Positions 40,024 to 49,597 of a DNA stretch of 64,000 bases are shown in pieces. Source of the stretch: Actinomycetota bacterium. Its GTDB lineage: Bacteria; Actinomycetota; Acidimicrobiia; Acidimicrobiales; Acidimicrobilacustridaceae. Each line of letters starts with the position of its first letter. Within the stretch, counting starts at the first letter, position 1. Both the position numbers and the translations under genes were made by a program. Location: positions 4,369 to 68,368 of the forward strand of contig JBEGMF010000042.1 in assembly GCA_041183205.1 (NCBI GenBank), given 5' to 3'. The notes beneath the pieces are model-generated. The model was not told the origin of the DNA and did no database searches. It saw nothing but the letters and a program-made list of their open reading frames with translations.

Positions 40024-40833
40024 TCATGGGTACACCACTGCGCATAACGCTACCCACTCATCGAGCGAGAGTTGCTCGGGTCGAGCTTGTTCACTTATTC
40101 CACTTGCGAGGAACTGATCCGCAGTGACGACACCGTTCAATGAACGACGCAGCATTTTGCGCCTTTGAGAAAACGCGGTGCGTACCAACGTCATTAATTG
40201 ATCACGATCAAGTTGCAACTGACGGTCAACGCGCGTGATTTTGATCATGACCGAATCCACTTTGGGCTTGGGTACAAACACTGTGGGAGGTATCGATGCC
40301 ACAATTTCGGCGCGAGCGTCGAGCGCCAATTTCACTGACGGAATGCCCCATGCGCCCGACCCTGGAGATGCCGCCAAACGCTCCCCGACTTCCTTTTGCA
40401 CCATCACCAACATTGACGTAATAGCCGGCGCTTTTTCTAATAAATCAAGCACTAAAGATGTGGCGACGTTGTACGGAAGATTGGCCACGAGTTGCCATGT
40501 TGAATCGCCAAGCAACTCTGCCCAATCAACATCGCGCGCATCTGCATGCACAACGCGCACGCCTAACGGTTCGACTGTCTCTTTTAAAATCGGAAGTAAA
40601 TGACGATCCAATTCAACCGCTAAAACTTTGGCGCCCGAAGCAGCCAATTCAACGGTCATTGATCCAACACCAGGACCGATTTCAATCACATTTGATTGCG
40701 GTCCAACATCGGCCAAGCGCACAATGCGACGAACCGTATTCGGATCGGCCAAAAAGTTTTGTCCTAACGCGCGCGATGGCGAAACACCATGACGCTCTAA
40801 CAGTTGAGTGATTTCAGTTTTGGAAAGCGTCAC
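40024..40833 (-). CDS. rsmA: 16S rRNA m6,2A dimethyltransferase KsgA
   Basis: LGQNFL, EIGPG.G, VANLPYNVA, MVQKEV, F.P.PKVDS and F.QRRKML motifs. Confidence 0.96.
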   Translation of the reverse strand: MTLSKTEITQLLERHGVSPSRALGQNFLADPNTVRRIVRLADVGPQSNVIEIGPGVGSMTVELAASGAKVLAVELDRHLLPILKETVEPLGVRVVHADARDVDWAELLGDSTWQLVANLPYNVATSLVLDLLEKAPAITSMLVMVQKEVGERLAASPGSGAWGIPSVKLALDARAEIVASIPPTVFVPKPKVDSVMIKITRVDRQLQLDRDQLMTLVRTAFSQRRKMLRRSLNGVVTADQFLASGISEQARPEQLSLDEWVALCAVVYP

Positions 40834-40857
40834 GCAACTAGTTTCGCAGCACTTGGC

Positions 40858-41439
40858 CTAACGGCACGCTCCGCCCCAGGGCGCCGTGCCGGAGGCGCGG
40901 AGCAGGGCGGTAGCAATGAAGTCTTGGTCAGCGGGTGACGCCATATGCGGTTGCACACCGACAAGATCGTCGCGGCCATTTCGTGCCGCAACCGCATCCC
41001 ATCCACCTTGGTAGATCTGATACGCACCCATATATGTACCGGTTGAATCAACGGCGCTGTAGTTATTGCGTGATTCACGCCAACGCAAACATGCCAACGT
41101 ATCCGCCTCGGTACGCGCCACCGTTGGAGGTGGCGGCGCAATCGGCGGCGGAGCAACGCGACCAATCGTTGTTGTTGTCGTCGCCGGCGCGGCAACCGGT
41201 TCAACCGGAGCAACGGTCGTCGTAGTAGTCGGCGCTTGGGTGGTTGTCGTCACCTCTGCCAAAACCAAACTCGGCTCGGGCGATTCGATGACAACCTCAG
41301 GATTTTCTGACGCGCTTGTAGTCGATGAAGAAAACACATCGATGACGAGCACGGGTAAACATGCAAGCGTCACAAAAAGCGCCAAAAGAAGACGGCGTCG
41401 CGTTTGGTGGAGCGTCGGGCTCACTGCGGCGTGCTTCAA
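40858..41439 (-). CDS. Resuscitation-promoting factor-like lytic transglycosylase
   Basis: Signal/TM segment, Thr/Pro-rich linker, C..RES..NY....G.Y.GAYQ....W, AS...QD and G..PW..C. Occupies the rpfB position between tatD and ksgA. Confidence 0.85.
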   Translation of the reverse strand: MKHAAVSPTLHQTRRRLLLALFVTLACLPVLVIDVFSSSTTSASENPEVVIESPEPSLVLAEVTTTTQAPTTTTTVAPVEPVAAPATTTTTIGRVAPPPIAPPPPTVARTEADTLACLRWRESRNNYSAVDSTGTYMGAYQIYQGGWDAVAARNGRDDLVGVQPHMASPADQDFIATALLRASGTAPWGGACR

Positions 41440-41441
41440 GT

Positions 41442-41481
41442 GTTTCCTTCGGTCGGCGGATAAAACATGAGCGAAGGAAAC
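41442..41481 (-). promoter_or_regulatory. Anti-SD hairpin occluding the rpf-like gene RBS
   Basis: Perfect 10-bp inverted repeat GTTTCCTTCG / CGAAGGAAAC. The 3' arm contains AAGGA and ends 2 nt before the TTG start. Confidence 0.5.
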
Positions 41482-41655
41482 GTCAAAGACGTCTACTCCG
41501 CCCGGAGCCCTATGAACCTATGAGCGCCTCAAGGTGGCCGCAACTCTTTCCCAGTTCAGTTCGCGCCGATCTCGAATGATAAAAGTCCCATGTCACGGCG
41601 TTATCCCCAATAATTTGGGGATCATGCACAGTAATGAAATCTTTGATTTTCGTTA

Positions 41656-42423
41656 CTAGGTAAGGGCGTAGACCGTCTCGGCATTTTTCCATGTGACTTC
41701 AGCCACAGCATCAACCACAAGTCCCTTTCCATCGGCCACCGATTGCCCAATTACAGGCAAAAGAGCCGGTGAATTTGGCTTACCCCTATGGGGAACCGGG
41801 GCCAAAAAAGGTGCGTCCGTCTCGATCAAAAGTCGTTCCAGAGGACAAAAAATCATCGCCTCGCGCACCTCAGGCGCTTTGGGAAACGTCACGATTCCCG
41901 AAAACGACAAATACGCACCGAGGTCCAATAGCGCTCGGGCCTCTTCTACCCCGCCGGAAAAACAATGAATGACCGTGCGTTCCGGCATTTTTTCCGCCCG
42001 CAAGATATCCAAGGTGTCTTCCCATGCATCGCGAGTGTGCACAACGAGAGCGAGATCATGCGCATGGGCAAGTTGAATTTGCTGCGCGAACACTTCTTTT
42101 TGTTCTTGGCGCGGCGAATTGTCATAGAAGTAGTCCAACCCACACTCACCAACGGCCACCACTTTTTCTTCGCGCAACAACGCTTCAATTCCTGCAATGG
42201 TGTTCTTCGCATCATGCGGGTGCACGCCGGCTGTCGCCCACACTCCAGCAAAACTTTGTGCCACAGCAATCGCCGTTTGCGACGTAGCTAAATCGCAACC
42301 AACCGTGACCATGCGCGTCACCCCAACTAAAGCGGCGGCCGCCACTGTTTCTTCAGCGTCGGGCCAACGGGCAACTTCATCACCCATATGGCAATGAGCA
42401 TCAATCCACTGCATCGGACTCAC
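41656..42423 (-). CDS. tatD: TatD family DNase
   Basis: DAHCH, GVHPH, VGECGLDY, HTRDA, HCFSG and ETDAPFL motifs. Confidence 0.95.
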   Translation of the reverse strand: MSPMQWIDAHCHMGDEVARWPDAEETVAAAALVGVTRMVTVGCDLATSQTAIAVAQSFAGVWATAGVHPHDAKNTIAGIEALLREEKVVAVGECGLDYFYDNSPRQEQKEVFAQQIQLAHAHDLALVVHTRDAWEDTLDILRAEKMPERTVIHCFSGGVEEARALLDLGAYLSFSGIVTFPKAPEVREAMIFCPLERLLIETDAPFLAPVPHRGKPNSPALLPVIGQSVADGKGLVVDAVAEVTWKNAETVYALT

Positions 42424-43946
42424 TTTTCGACAGGTTTAAGACGAGGGAACAAAGCCTCGCCTTTTTCGATGGGTAATCCACCGGGATACAAACCCCATTG
42501 CCCGTCATGAGGAAGCCGGCAATCGGCTGGCGATCCCGTTAATCCCAGACGAGCCCAAATCTTTTCGCAAGTTTCGGGAATTGCTGGGGTGGCCAATATC
42601 GCCACTAAACGCAACACTTCAATGGCATCGCCCATGACCGCATCAACTGCCGCGCCCGGTTCGGCTTTCCACGGTTCATTGTTTTCGAGATGCGCATTGG
42701 CTTCATGAACAAGTTTCCATGTCGCTTCCAACGCCAAACTCGGAGTGATGTTTTCCCACCCACGTGTGGCGTCACGCAAAACTTCAACACTGGTCGCGGC
42801 CAACGGTGATGACGGATTTGGTTTCGGTCCAATTCCGCCGCACTTCTTTTCCACCACAGTGGCAACGCGCGCCATGAGATTGCCCAAATTGTTGGCGAGG
42901 TCAGCGTTATAACGCGACACCATTCCTTCATAGGAAAAATCGCCATCAGGACCGAACGGCGCATCACGCAAAAAGTGATAGCGGAAACCGTCGACGCCAA
43001 AATCTTCAACAAGATCAGCGGGGAATATTTGATTAAGACGCGTCTTCGACATCTTTTCGCCGCCGACTAAAAGAAATCCGTGAACCGCCAATTTTTTCGG
43101 AGGTTCAATACCGGCGGCCATACACATGGCCGGCCAATACACACAGTGAAAACGCAAAATATCCTTACCTAAAAGGTGATGAACTTGCGGCCACCATTGT
43201 GAGAACGCGGTGTCATCAGAACCATAACCAGCAGCCGTGGCGTAATTAATTAGAGCGTCGTACCACACATAAAAAACGTGCTTGTCATCCCAGGGCACGG
43301 GAACACCCCAGGAAATAGAGGTGCGCGAAACAGAAACGTCTTTTAATCCTTGGCGAATAATGCCCAGCGCTTCGTTGCGCTTGCCTTCGGGCTGCACACA
43401 CTGCGGATTCTTTTCGTACCACTCCAAGAGTGGTTGTTCGAAACGGGACAATTCGAAAAACCAATTGTCTTCTTCCAACCATTCAACGGGTCGTCCATGA
43501 ATAGGACAGTTGGAGTCGACCAGATCGGTTTCGTCGTAATAGGCCTCACAAGGAACGCAATAGTGACCGGCATAAGTTCCTTTTCGGATATAGCCGTTGT
43601 CGAAAATTGCTTGCATAAATTTCTGCACCGCAACGTGGTGACGCGGCTCGGTCGTGCGAATGAAATCATCATTCGAGATATTCAGCATTTCCCAGCATTG
43701 CCGGAAGCGAGCGCTCGTTTGATCGGCTTGTTCTTGCGCGGAAATTCCATTGGCTTCAGCTGAACGTTGCACTTTCAAGCCATGTTCATCGGTGCCGGTC
43801 AGAAATAAGGTGGGGTCACCATTGAGACGATGCCAACGAGCCAAAGCATCAGCCGTCACCGTTGTATAGGCATGTCCGATATGGGGAACGTCATTGACGT
43901 AATAGATAGGTGTCGTCACATAAAAAGGCTGGGCATCACGTTCCAC
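42420..43946 (-). CDS. metG: Methionine--tRNA ligase
   Basis: YVTTPIYYVN..PHIGH (HIGH), GTDEHG, YVWYDAL and KMSKT motifs. Confidence 0.97.
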   Translation of the reverse strand: MERDAQPFYVTTPIYYVNDVPHIGHAYTTVTADALARWHRLNGDPTLFLTGTDEHGLKVQRSAEANGISAQEQADQTSARFRQCWEMLNISNDDFIRTTEPRHHVAVQKFMQAIFDNGYIRKGTYAGHYCVPCEAYYDETDLVDSNCPIHGRPVEWLEEDNWFFELSRFEQPLLEWYEKNPQCVQPEGKRNEALGIIRQGLKDVSVSRTSISWGVPVPWDDKHVFYVWYDALINYATAAGYGSDDTAFSQWWPQVHHLLGKDILRFHCVYWPAMCMAAGIEPPKKLAVHGFLLVGGEKMSKTRLNQIFPADLVEDFGVDGFRYHFLRDAPFGPDGDFSYEGMVSRYNADLANNLGNLMARVATVVEKKCGGIGPKPNPSSPLAATSVEVLRDATRGWENITPSLALEATWKLVHEANAHLENNEPWKAEPGAAVDAVMGDAIEVLRLVAILATPAIPETCEKIWARLGLTGSPADCRLPHDGQWGLYPGGLPIEKGEALFPRLKPVEK

Positions 43947-44017
43947 GCCGCAAGGCTACGCACGCCGACGCCAACTCACCAAGTATGCAGGGCAAAACTC
44001 CGTTGCCCGTTGTCGAA

Positions 44018-44881
44018 TTAGTTCGCTTTGACTTGGAACTTCCAGTTGTCTCCATCTTTCACGATGAAGCCCGCGGAAGGTGCGGCGTAATGCGTGCCGA
44101 GAATCAACGTTCCATTTGCGCCAAAGTCATCGCGCATCTTTCGCCGTGTTTGCGCGCCCATTTCGCCGTTCCAATCGGCATCCATACCCCAATCGGGTTC
44201 GGCCCACTGCACGGGATGATGAGTGGCGTCGCCAGTGATCAATGCCGTTTCACCGTTCGACTCAATGACGATTGACATATGACTCGGCGAATGGCCATGA
44301 GTCGGAATGAAACGGACCTCGTCGGTCACCACATGATTGGGTTCAATGAATTCGGCCAGCCCCGCTTCCAAAATTGGATCAATCGTGTCGCGCAGATTGG
44401 CGGCGTAATGATTCTCGCCCGCTTTGAACTCTTCATAATCGGGGCGACCGAAAAAATATTTGGCGTTGGGGAACGTCGGCACCCATCGTCCATCGACCGG
44501 ACGAGTGTTCCAACCAATGTGATCGAAATGAAGATGAGTACAACAAACAAAATCGATCGTGTCAGGATGGAATCCCGCAGTCACCATTGCGTCGAAAAAT
44601 TCGGGATTGCCGCTTAGTCCTAATCCTTCAATTGTGCGATCGCCAACACACGTGTCGACCAAAATTCGTTTGCCCGAGCTTTCGATGACAAAGGCGTGAA
44701 TGGACAAATTCGACATACCGGCATCATCAGCAAAATGCGGAGCCAACCAATCCATATGCGGCTTCAACGCTTCGGGTGTTGCTTTCGGAATTAAACCGGA
44801 AAGGGGCAGCGGCGCCACCAACTCCACAATTTTGGTGACAGTGACATCACCAACTTTCCAATTCGTGAATTGCTCGCTCAA
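44018..44881 (-). CDS. Metallo-beta-lactamase fold hydrolase (lactonase-like)
   Basis: THLHFDHIGWN, GHSPSH, TGDATHHP and GTHY motifs. SD GGGGG before TTG 44881. Confidence 0.85.
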   Translation of the reverse strand: MSEQFTNWKVGDVTVTKIVELVAPLPLSGLIPKATPEALKPHMDWLAPHFADDAGMSNLSIHAFVIESSGKRILVDTCVGDRTIEGLGLSGNPEFFDAMVTAGFHPDTIDFVCCTHLHFDHIGWNTRPVDGRWVPTFPNAKYFFGRPDYEEFKAGENHYAANLRDTIDPILEAGLAEFIEPNHVVTDEVRFIPTHGHSPSHMSIVIESNGETALITGDATHHPVQWAEPDWGMDADWNGEMGAQTRRKMRDDFGANGTLILGTHYAAPSAGFIVKDGDNWKFQVKAN

Positions 44882-45048
44882 TGTTCCCCCTTGGTAACGG
44901 ACTGACAAAACCAGACCGAATTTCTGGGGAAATCTTGGCCTAAGTCGAACCTTGATGCTGGCGTTTACCAGGGCCGTAAAAATGTACTTATGAAGACCAA
45001 GCCTCGAAGTTTTGTCAATTGATCTGGCACAACGGGCCTATGGCACGT

Positions 45049-45066
45049 TGTAGGCTTAAGCCTACA
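45049..45066. promoter_or_regulatory. 18-bp perfect palindrome TGTAGGCTTAAGCCTACA
   Basis: Read directly. Contains a TAGGCT -10-like hexamer on each strand, in a divergent intergenic region. Confidence 0.55.
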
Positions 45067-45180
45067 GAAGTGCATTGGCGGAATTGAATTACCCGTTGTC
45101 CCCTTCAGATACAGAGCAATCCCCCAACAAAATTGCCACGGCGTAGGCGCGTTGAGCCCCCGTGGAAATGAGGTTCGCCC

Positions 45181-45894
45181 ATGTCGCTCATTCTCTTAAT
45201 CGAAAAAGATCCGTCACTACAGCGGTCATTAACGGCTCAGTTAAACGCACAGGATTACGACGTTATTTGTGCCACCGGCGGCAATGACGCGCTGTCGTTA
45301 GCGGTTGATGCTTCACCGGATCTCGTCATTATGGAAATAGATATCGAGCAGATTTGCGGTTTAGACGTGATTGCCGCTCTACGCGGTTGGAGTCATATCC
45401 CCATTGTGGTGTTGTCGCGCCACGACGACGAAAGCACCAAAGTGCGCGCGCTTGACGCCGGCGCCAACGATTACATCAGCAAACCGTTCTCACTCAACGA
45501 ACTTTTCGCACGCCTACGGGCGGCGTTGCGTAATAACCATGCCCCAACGGCAAATGAACCTGTTCATACCGATGATTTCTATATCGATGTTTTGCAACGA
45601 AAAGTTGTACGTAACGGCAAAGTCGTGCATGTCACCGCCACTGAATGGGGCATTATCGAGTTGCTCGTCACCCACCCTTCGAAGTTGATTACCCATCGCG
45701 AGTTGCTACAAAAAGTCTGGGGGCCGGCATATGGCAGCGAGTCCCATTATTTGCGGGTGTATATGTCGTCAATCCGTCGCAAACTCGAGCCCGATCCCTC
45801 AAGCCCCCGCTATTTCGTGACCGAAACTGGTCTCGGCTACCGATTCCAACCTGGAGTTCGACCAACCTTTGATCTTGGGCAAAACTGCTGTTAG
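45181..45894 (+). CDS. OmpR-family response regulator, KdpE-like, atypical receiver (Glu52)
   Basis: LRGWS.IPIVVLS, ALDAGA.DY.SKPF, VWGPAY..ESHYLRVYM..IRRKLE.DPS.PRYF.TE.G.GYRF. Confidence 0.85.
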   Translation: MSLILLIEKDPSLQRSLTAQLNAQDYDVICATGGNDALSLAVDASPDLVIMEIDIEQICGLDVIAALRGWSHIPIVVLSRHDDESTKVRALDAGANDYISKPFSLNELFARLRAALRNNHAPTANEPVHTDDFYIDVLQRKVVRNGKVVHVTATEWGIIELLVTHPSKLITHRELLQKVWGPAYGSESHYLRVYMSSIRRKLEPDPSSPRYFVTETGLGYRFQPGVRPTFDLGQNCC

Positions 45895-45910
45895 TCCAAG
45901 AGGGGGAACA

Positions 45911-46690
45911 ATGAGCGGAGAAGTTCGTCTCGAAATAGACGGTCAGATCGCCACCATCACGAACGACAACCAAGAAAAACGAAACGCGTTTACTGACGCG
46001 ATGGATAAACAACTTTTCGACATTTTGTCGGAGTTGCAATCTCGTAGTGATATTCGCGCCATCATCTGGCGCGGGGAAGGACATTCTTGGTCTTCCGGAC
46101 GCGATGTCGGTTCAATTGGCAACGATAAAACTGGCCTCACCCATCACGAATTAATGACAAGAGGACATAAAGGCATTCAGCAAATTTTTGCTCTCGATGC
46201 CCCCATCATTGTTCCCATTCAAGGTTGGGCCATCGGTGGTTCATTTCAACGAGCGTTGCTTTGCGATATTCGTATTGCTTCCGAAGACGCCAAATTCATG
46301 CTGCCCGAAGTTGGACATGGAGTCATTCCTGACACTGGCGGTGTCGGTCGCTTATTTCAAATGTGCGGTCATGGCGTTGTTAGCGACATGGTGTTAACCG
46401 GCCGTTCGTTGACCGCCCAAGAAGCACTTTCCTTGGGCATAGTTTCTCGAGTTGTCACTCGCGATGAACTTGATGCCACCGCTCGCGAAATGGCGGAAAA
46501 AATTGCGGCTTCTCCCGCAGTCACAGTGAAGTTGGCTCGGCGTGTGATTTCGCATTTAGCGGAAACTGAAATTCGTAGTTCGATGGCCGACGAACTGATT
46601 TACCAGACCTTCATTAATAAGTCGGATGACTTCGCCGAATTCCGCGCCGCACGCGCCGAGAATCGCGAGCCCAAATACAAAGGAAGTTGA
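45911..46690 (+). CDS. Enoyl-CoA hydratase/isomerase
   Basis: KRNAF, SSGRD, AIGG, DIRIA and PE..HG.IPD.GG motifs. Confidence 0.9.
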   Translation: MSGEVRLEIDGQIATITNDNQEKRNAFTDAMDKQLFDILSELQSRSDIRAIIWRGEGHSWSSGRDVGSIGNDKTGLTHHELMTRGHKGIQQIFALDAPIIVPIQGWAIGGSFQRALLCDIRIASEDAKFMLPEVGHGVIPDTGGVGRLFQMCGHGVVSDMVLTGRSLTAQEALSLGIVSRVVTRDELDATAREMAEKIAASPAVTVKLARRVISHLAETEIRSSMADELIYQTFINKSDDFAEFRAARAENREPKYKGS

Positions 46691-46691
46691 A

Positions 46692-47579
46692 ATGGCCACC
46701 GACGAACCAATTGGCCTTCCCGAACCGCCCGATATTGGCGCGGCTGCATTACCGGCAAATACCTATGTCGGCGAGAGTGTCATCGTCACTGGCGGCGGAA
46801 CTGGTCTAGGTCGTGCCATCGCTATTGAATTTGCGCGCCTCGGAGCCAACGTGGCGGTACTAAGTCGCAAACCAGAACATCTTGAAGCCGCGATCGAATC
46901 ACTACGTGATTTCCCTGGGAAACATCTCACCGTTGCTTGCGATATTCGTGAACCGGAACAAATTGCCAATGCCTTTGATGAGATCGAAAAAGAACTTGGC
47001 CTACCGCGCGTCTTGGTGAATAACGCTGCCGCTAACTTTCCGGTTCCTGCCGAGGAAATGTCACCCAACGCATGGCGAACAGTGGTCGACATCACCCTAA
47101 ACGGAACCTTTTTCTGCGCTCGCGAATTCGGTCGACGACATATCGCCGCCAACTCCCCAGGCTCAATCATCAATGTGGGAGCTTCCTATGCTTGGACGGG
47201 CGGGCCTGGCTTTGCTCATTCGGCGGCGGCAAAAGCGGGCGTGAAAAATATGGTCGAAACCTTGGCCGTCGAATGGGGCCCTTACGGTATTGCCGTAAAC
47301 GGACTCGTTCCTGGACTATTCCCTCATGACGACATGACGGCCGACATCAAAGGAAACTTGTCGCGCACCAACGATAAAGATGTTTGCCAACCAGCACTGC
47401 GCGTTGGCCGCCTACGCGAACTGGGTTGGGCCGCGACATTCCTTGCTTCGCCATATGCACGTTTCATTAGTGGACATACATTGGTGGTTGACGGCGCTAA
47501 CTGGCAACGTCGCACGCTCACCAATCCACCGGTTGTCACCGTGCGCGAACAAATGGGTAAAGGACCATTCGAACTGTGA
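46692..47579 (+). CDS. SDR oxidoreductase, 2,4-dienoyl-CoA reductase-like
   Basis: VTGGGTGLG, NNAAANF..PAE.MSPNAW.TVVDI.LNGT and HSAAAKAGV motifs. Confidence 0.85.
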   Translation: MATDEPIGLPEPPDIGAAALPANTYVGESVIVTGGGTGLGRAIAIEFARLGANVAVLSRKPEHLEAAIESLRDFPGKHLTVACDIREPEQIANAFDEIEKELGLPRVLVNNAAANFPVPAEEMSPNAWRTVVDITLNGTFFCAREFGRRHIAANSPGSIINVGASYAWTGGPGFAHSAAAKAGVKNMVETLAVEWGPYGIAVNGLVPGLFPHDDMTADIKGNLSRTNDKDVCQPALRVGRLRELGWAATFLASPYARFISGHTLVVDGANWQRRTLTNPPVVTVREQMGKGPFEL

Positions 47580-48610
47580 AGTTTTCGCTCTCACTGCCAC
47601 TGCTAAAAGATCTCGATCATAAAGATCCGTACCACGAAACATTTGCCTTGGCGCAAATCGCCGAACAAGTTGGCTTCGACACCGTCACGATCGGCCATCA
47701 CCATTTCATGGCGGGCAATATGAGCGATCCGCTTACGTTTTTGGCCGCCGTTGCCGCTCGCACCGAAAAGGTGCGCGTGGGAACCGGAATCTTTCAATTA
47801 CCAATTCACAATCCTGTACGCGTTGCCGAGCAAGTTGCCACCATCGATCAAATTTCAGGCGGTCGCGTCACATTGGGTGTGGGCATGGGCTGGTGGCCGC
47901 TCGAATACCAAGTCCATGGATCGAACTTCAAACAACGCGGTGCGCGTACTGAAGAAGCATTAGAGATTTTGCGTTTGGTGTGGACTCAGGAAGCAACGTC
48001 GTATGACGGAAAGTTCTGGTCGTTTCCCGAACTCACCGTTCATCCGCGCTGTGTTCAACAACCAAATCCACCTCTTTGGGTGGCGGGTGTTGCACCGAAA
48101 GCTGTTGATCGTGCGGCGCGCTTAGGTGACGCGTGGATTTGCGGTCCCGTGCAATCGTTAAGCGCAGCACTGCGCTGTCTTGCTATCTACCAACCGAAAT
48201 GCGCAGAACTCAACAAACCCGCTGATTGGATTCTGCGTCGCTACGCCTGGCTCGGTCGCGATGATGAACAGGTTCGCACGCAGGTTTTGCCTGTTTATGT
48301 CGATGGACTAATGAAGCATTGGCGTGAATCGGCGGAGGAGGAAGAAGAACTTGAACTCTTCGCCCGCATTGACGCCGGAGAAAAAATTACCGCCGAGGAA
48401 ATTGCCGCTGATCGATTGCTCTGGGGTGGACCGGAGCGCATGATCGAACAAATCAAGCAGTACCAACTCACAACCAAAACCGACCATGTACATACCGCCT
48501 TCGGTGCGGGTCTCCCCGCCGACACGGGGCAAGCCTCATTGGGAACGTTCGCCGAAATTGCCGAGATGATTGAACTTTTTGGCGAAAAAGTCATCCCCGC
48601 TTTTCCCTAA
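47576..48610 (+). CDS. LLM-class flavin-dependent oxidoreductase
   Basis: GHHHF, HNPVRVAEQVATIDQISGGR, P..VQQPNPP and RAARLGD motifs. Confidence 0.85.
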   Translation: MKFSLSLPLLKDLDHKDPYHETFALAQIAEQVGFDTVTIGHHHFMAGNMSDPLTFLAAVAARTEKVRVGTGIFQLPIHNPVRVAEQVATIDQISGGRVTLGVGMGWWPLEYQVHGSNFKQRGARTEEALEILRLVWTQEATSYDGKFWSFPELTVHPRCVQQPNPPLWVAGVAPKAVDRAARLGDAWICGPVQSLSAALRCLAIYQPKCAELNKPADWILRRYAWLGRDDEQVRTQVLPVYVDGLMKHWRESAEEEEELELFARIDAGEKITAEEIAADRLLWGGPERMIEQIKQYQLTTKTDHVHTAFGAGLPADTGQASLGTFAEIAEMIELFGEKVIPAFP

Positions 48611-48716
48611 AACACGGATTCGGCCTTACTCCCACTTCTAAGATACGGCGAATTGTTCAGTTCGATGCTGGACAACCAAGGGGGCAAAAACGCCCCTGCC
48701 CAAACATGGAGGAGAA

Positions 48717-49577
48717 ATGCAAAAAACAAGCGAGGCACTGGCGGCTTCTCGCATTTCGAGCAAGCGTCGAGCGAAAGTTCTTGGCGCGTTGTTCGCGATC
48801 GCGGTTGTGGTCGCCGGCTGTTCAAGTTCAGATTCATCTTCCGGCGGAAACGCCACTACAACCACCGCAGCACCTGCACCACTCAAAATTTTGGTGACAA
48901 ATGATGACGGTTTTGATTCCGCCGGAATTGATGCCGTTGTTGAAGCGTTACGGGCACAACCAAATGTTGAAATCACCGTTGTTGCACCAGCAACAAATCA
49001 GAGCGGCAAAGGTGGAACCGTCACCGGCGGAACACTGACCGCAACTGACGGAAAGACGAAAAGCGGATACCCCGTGAAATCAGTAGCGGGCACTCCGGCC
49101 GACTCCATCGTTTGGGCAATCGATCAAAAAGGCATTTCGTTTACCCCTGATTTTGTTGTATCCGGCATCAACGCAGGACAAAACATGGGCTCCATCATTG
49201 ATTTGTCGGGAACAGTTGGAGCGGCGCGTGCTGCCACCCAACGTGGCATTCCAGCCATTGCCGCCAGCCAGGGCATCACTGATGGCAAGTACGACTTCCC
49301 CAGCGGCGTTCAACAAGTCATTGCTTGGTTCACTGAAAACCGCGCTCGTATCACCGATAAGTCAATCGGCACGGCGACTGTTACCAATATGAATATTCCG
49401 ACTTGTCCCACCGGCGCCGTGCGCGGTCCGAAGACCGTTCCCGTCGCTCCGAATGCTGATGGGTATTTGAATCCGCCGAACTGTTTGTCAACGATGGCTG
49501 ATCCAACCACCGACATCATGGCGTTCCTGAATGGATTTGCGGCTATCTCGCAAATTTCGCCACGGCCAGCGTCATAA
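48717..49577 (+). CDS. surE: SurE-family 5'/3'-nucleotidase lipoprotein
   Basis: ILVTNDDG, VVAP..NQSG, GTPAD, VSGINAGQN and SGTVGAA motifs; lipobox VAGC. Confidence 0.88.
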   Translation: MQKTSEALAASRISSKRRAKVLGALFAIAVVVAGCSSSDSSSGGNATTTTAAPAPLKILVTNDDGFDSAGIDAVVEALRAQPNVEITVVAPATNQSGKGGTVTGGTLTATDGKTKSGYPVKSVAGTPADSIVWAIDQKGISFTPDFVVSGINAGQNMGSIIDLSGTVGAARAATQRGIPAIAASQGITDGKYDFPSGVQQVIAWFTENRARITDKSIGTATVTNMNIPTCPTGAVRGPKTVPVAPNADGYLNPPNCLSTMADPTTDIMAFLNGFAAISQISPRPAS

Positions 49578-49597
49578 ATCTGGCGACGAGTTGGCCC

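Noticed and set aside
41603-41656. Two short hairpins after tatD (ATCCCCAA/TTGGGGAT and GTAATGAAATC/GATTTTCGTTAC)
   Set aside because: Most simply termination or mRNA-stability hairpins for metG-tatD; there is no evidence for more.
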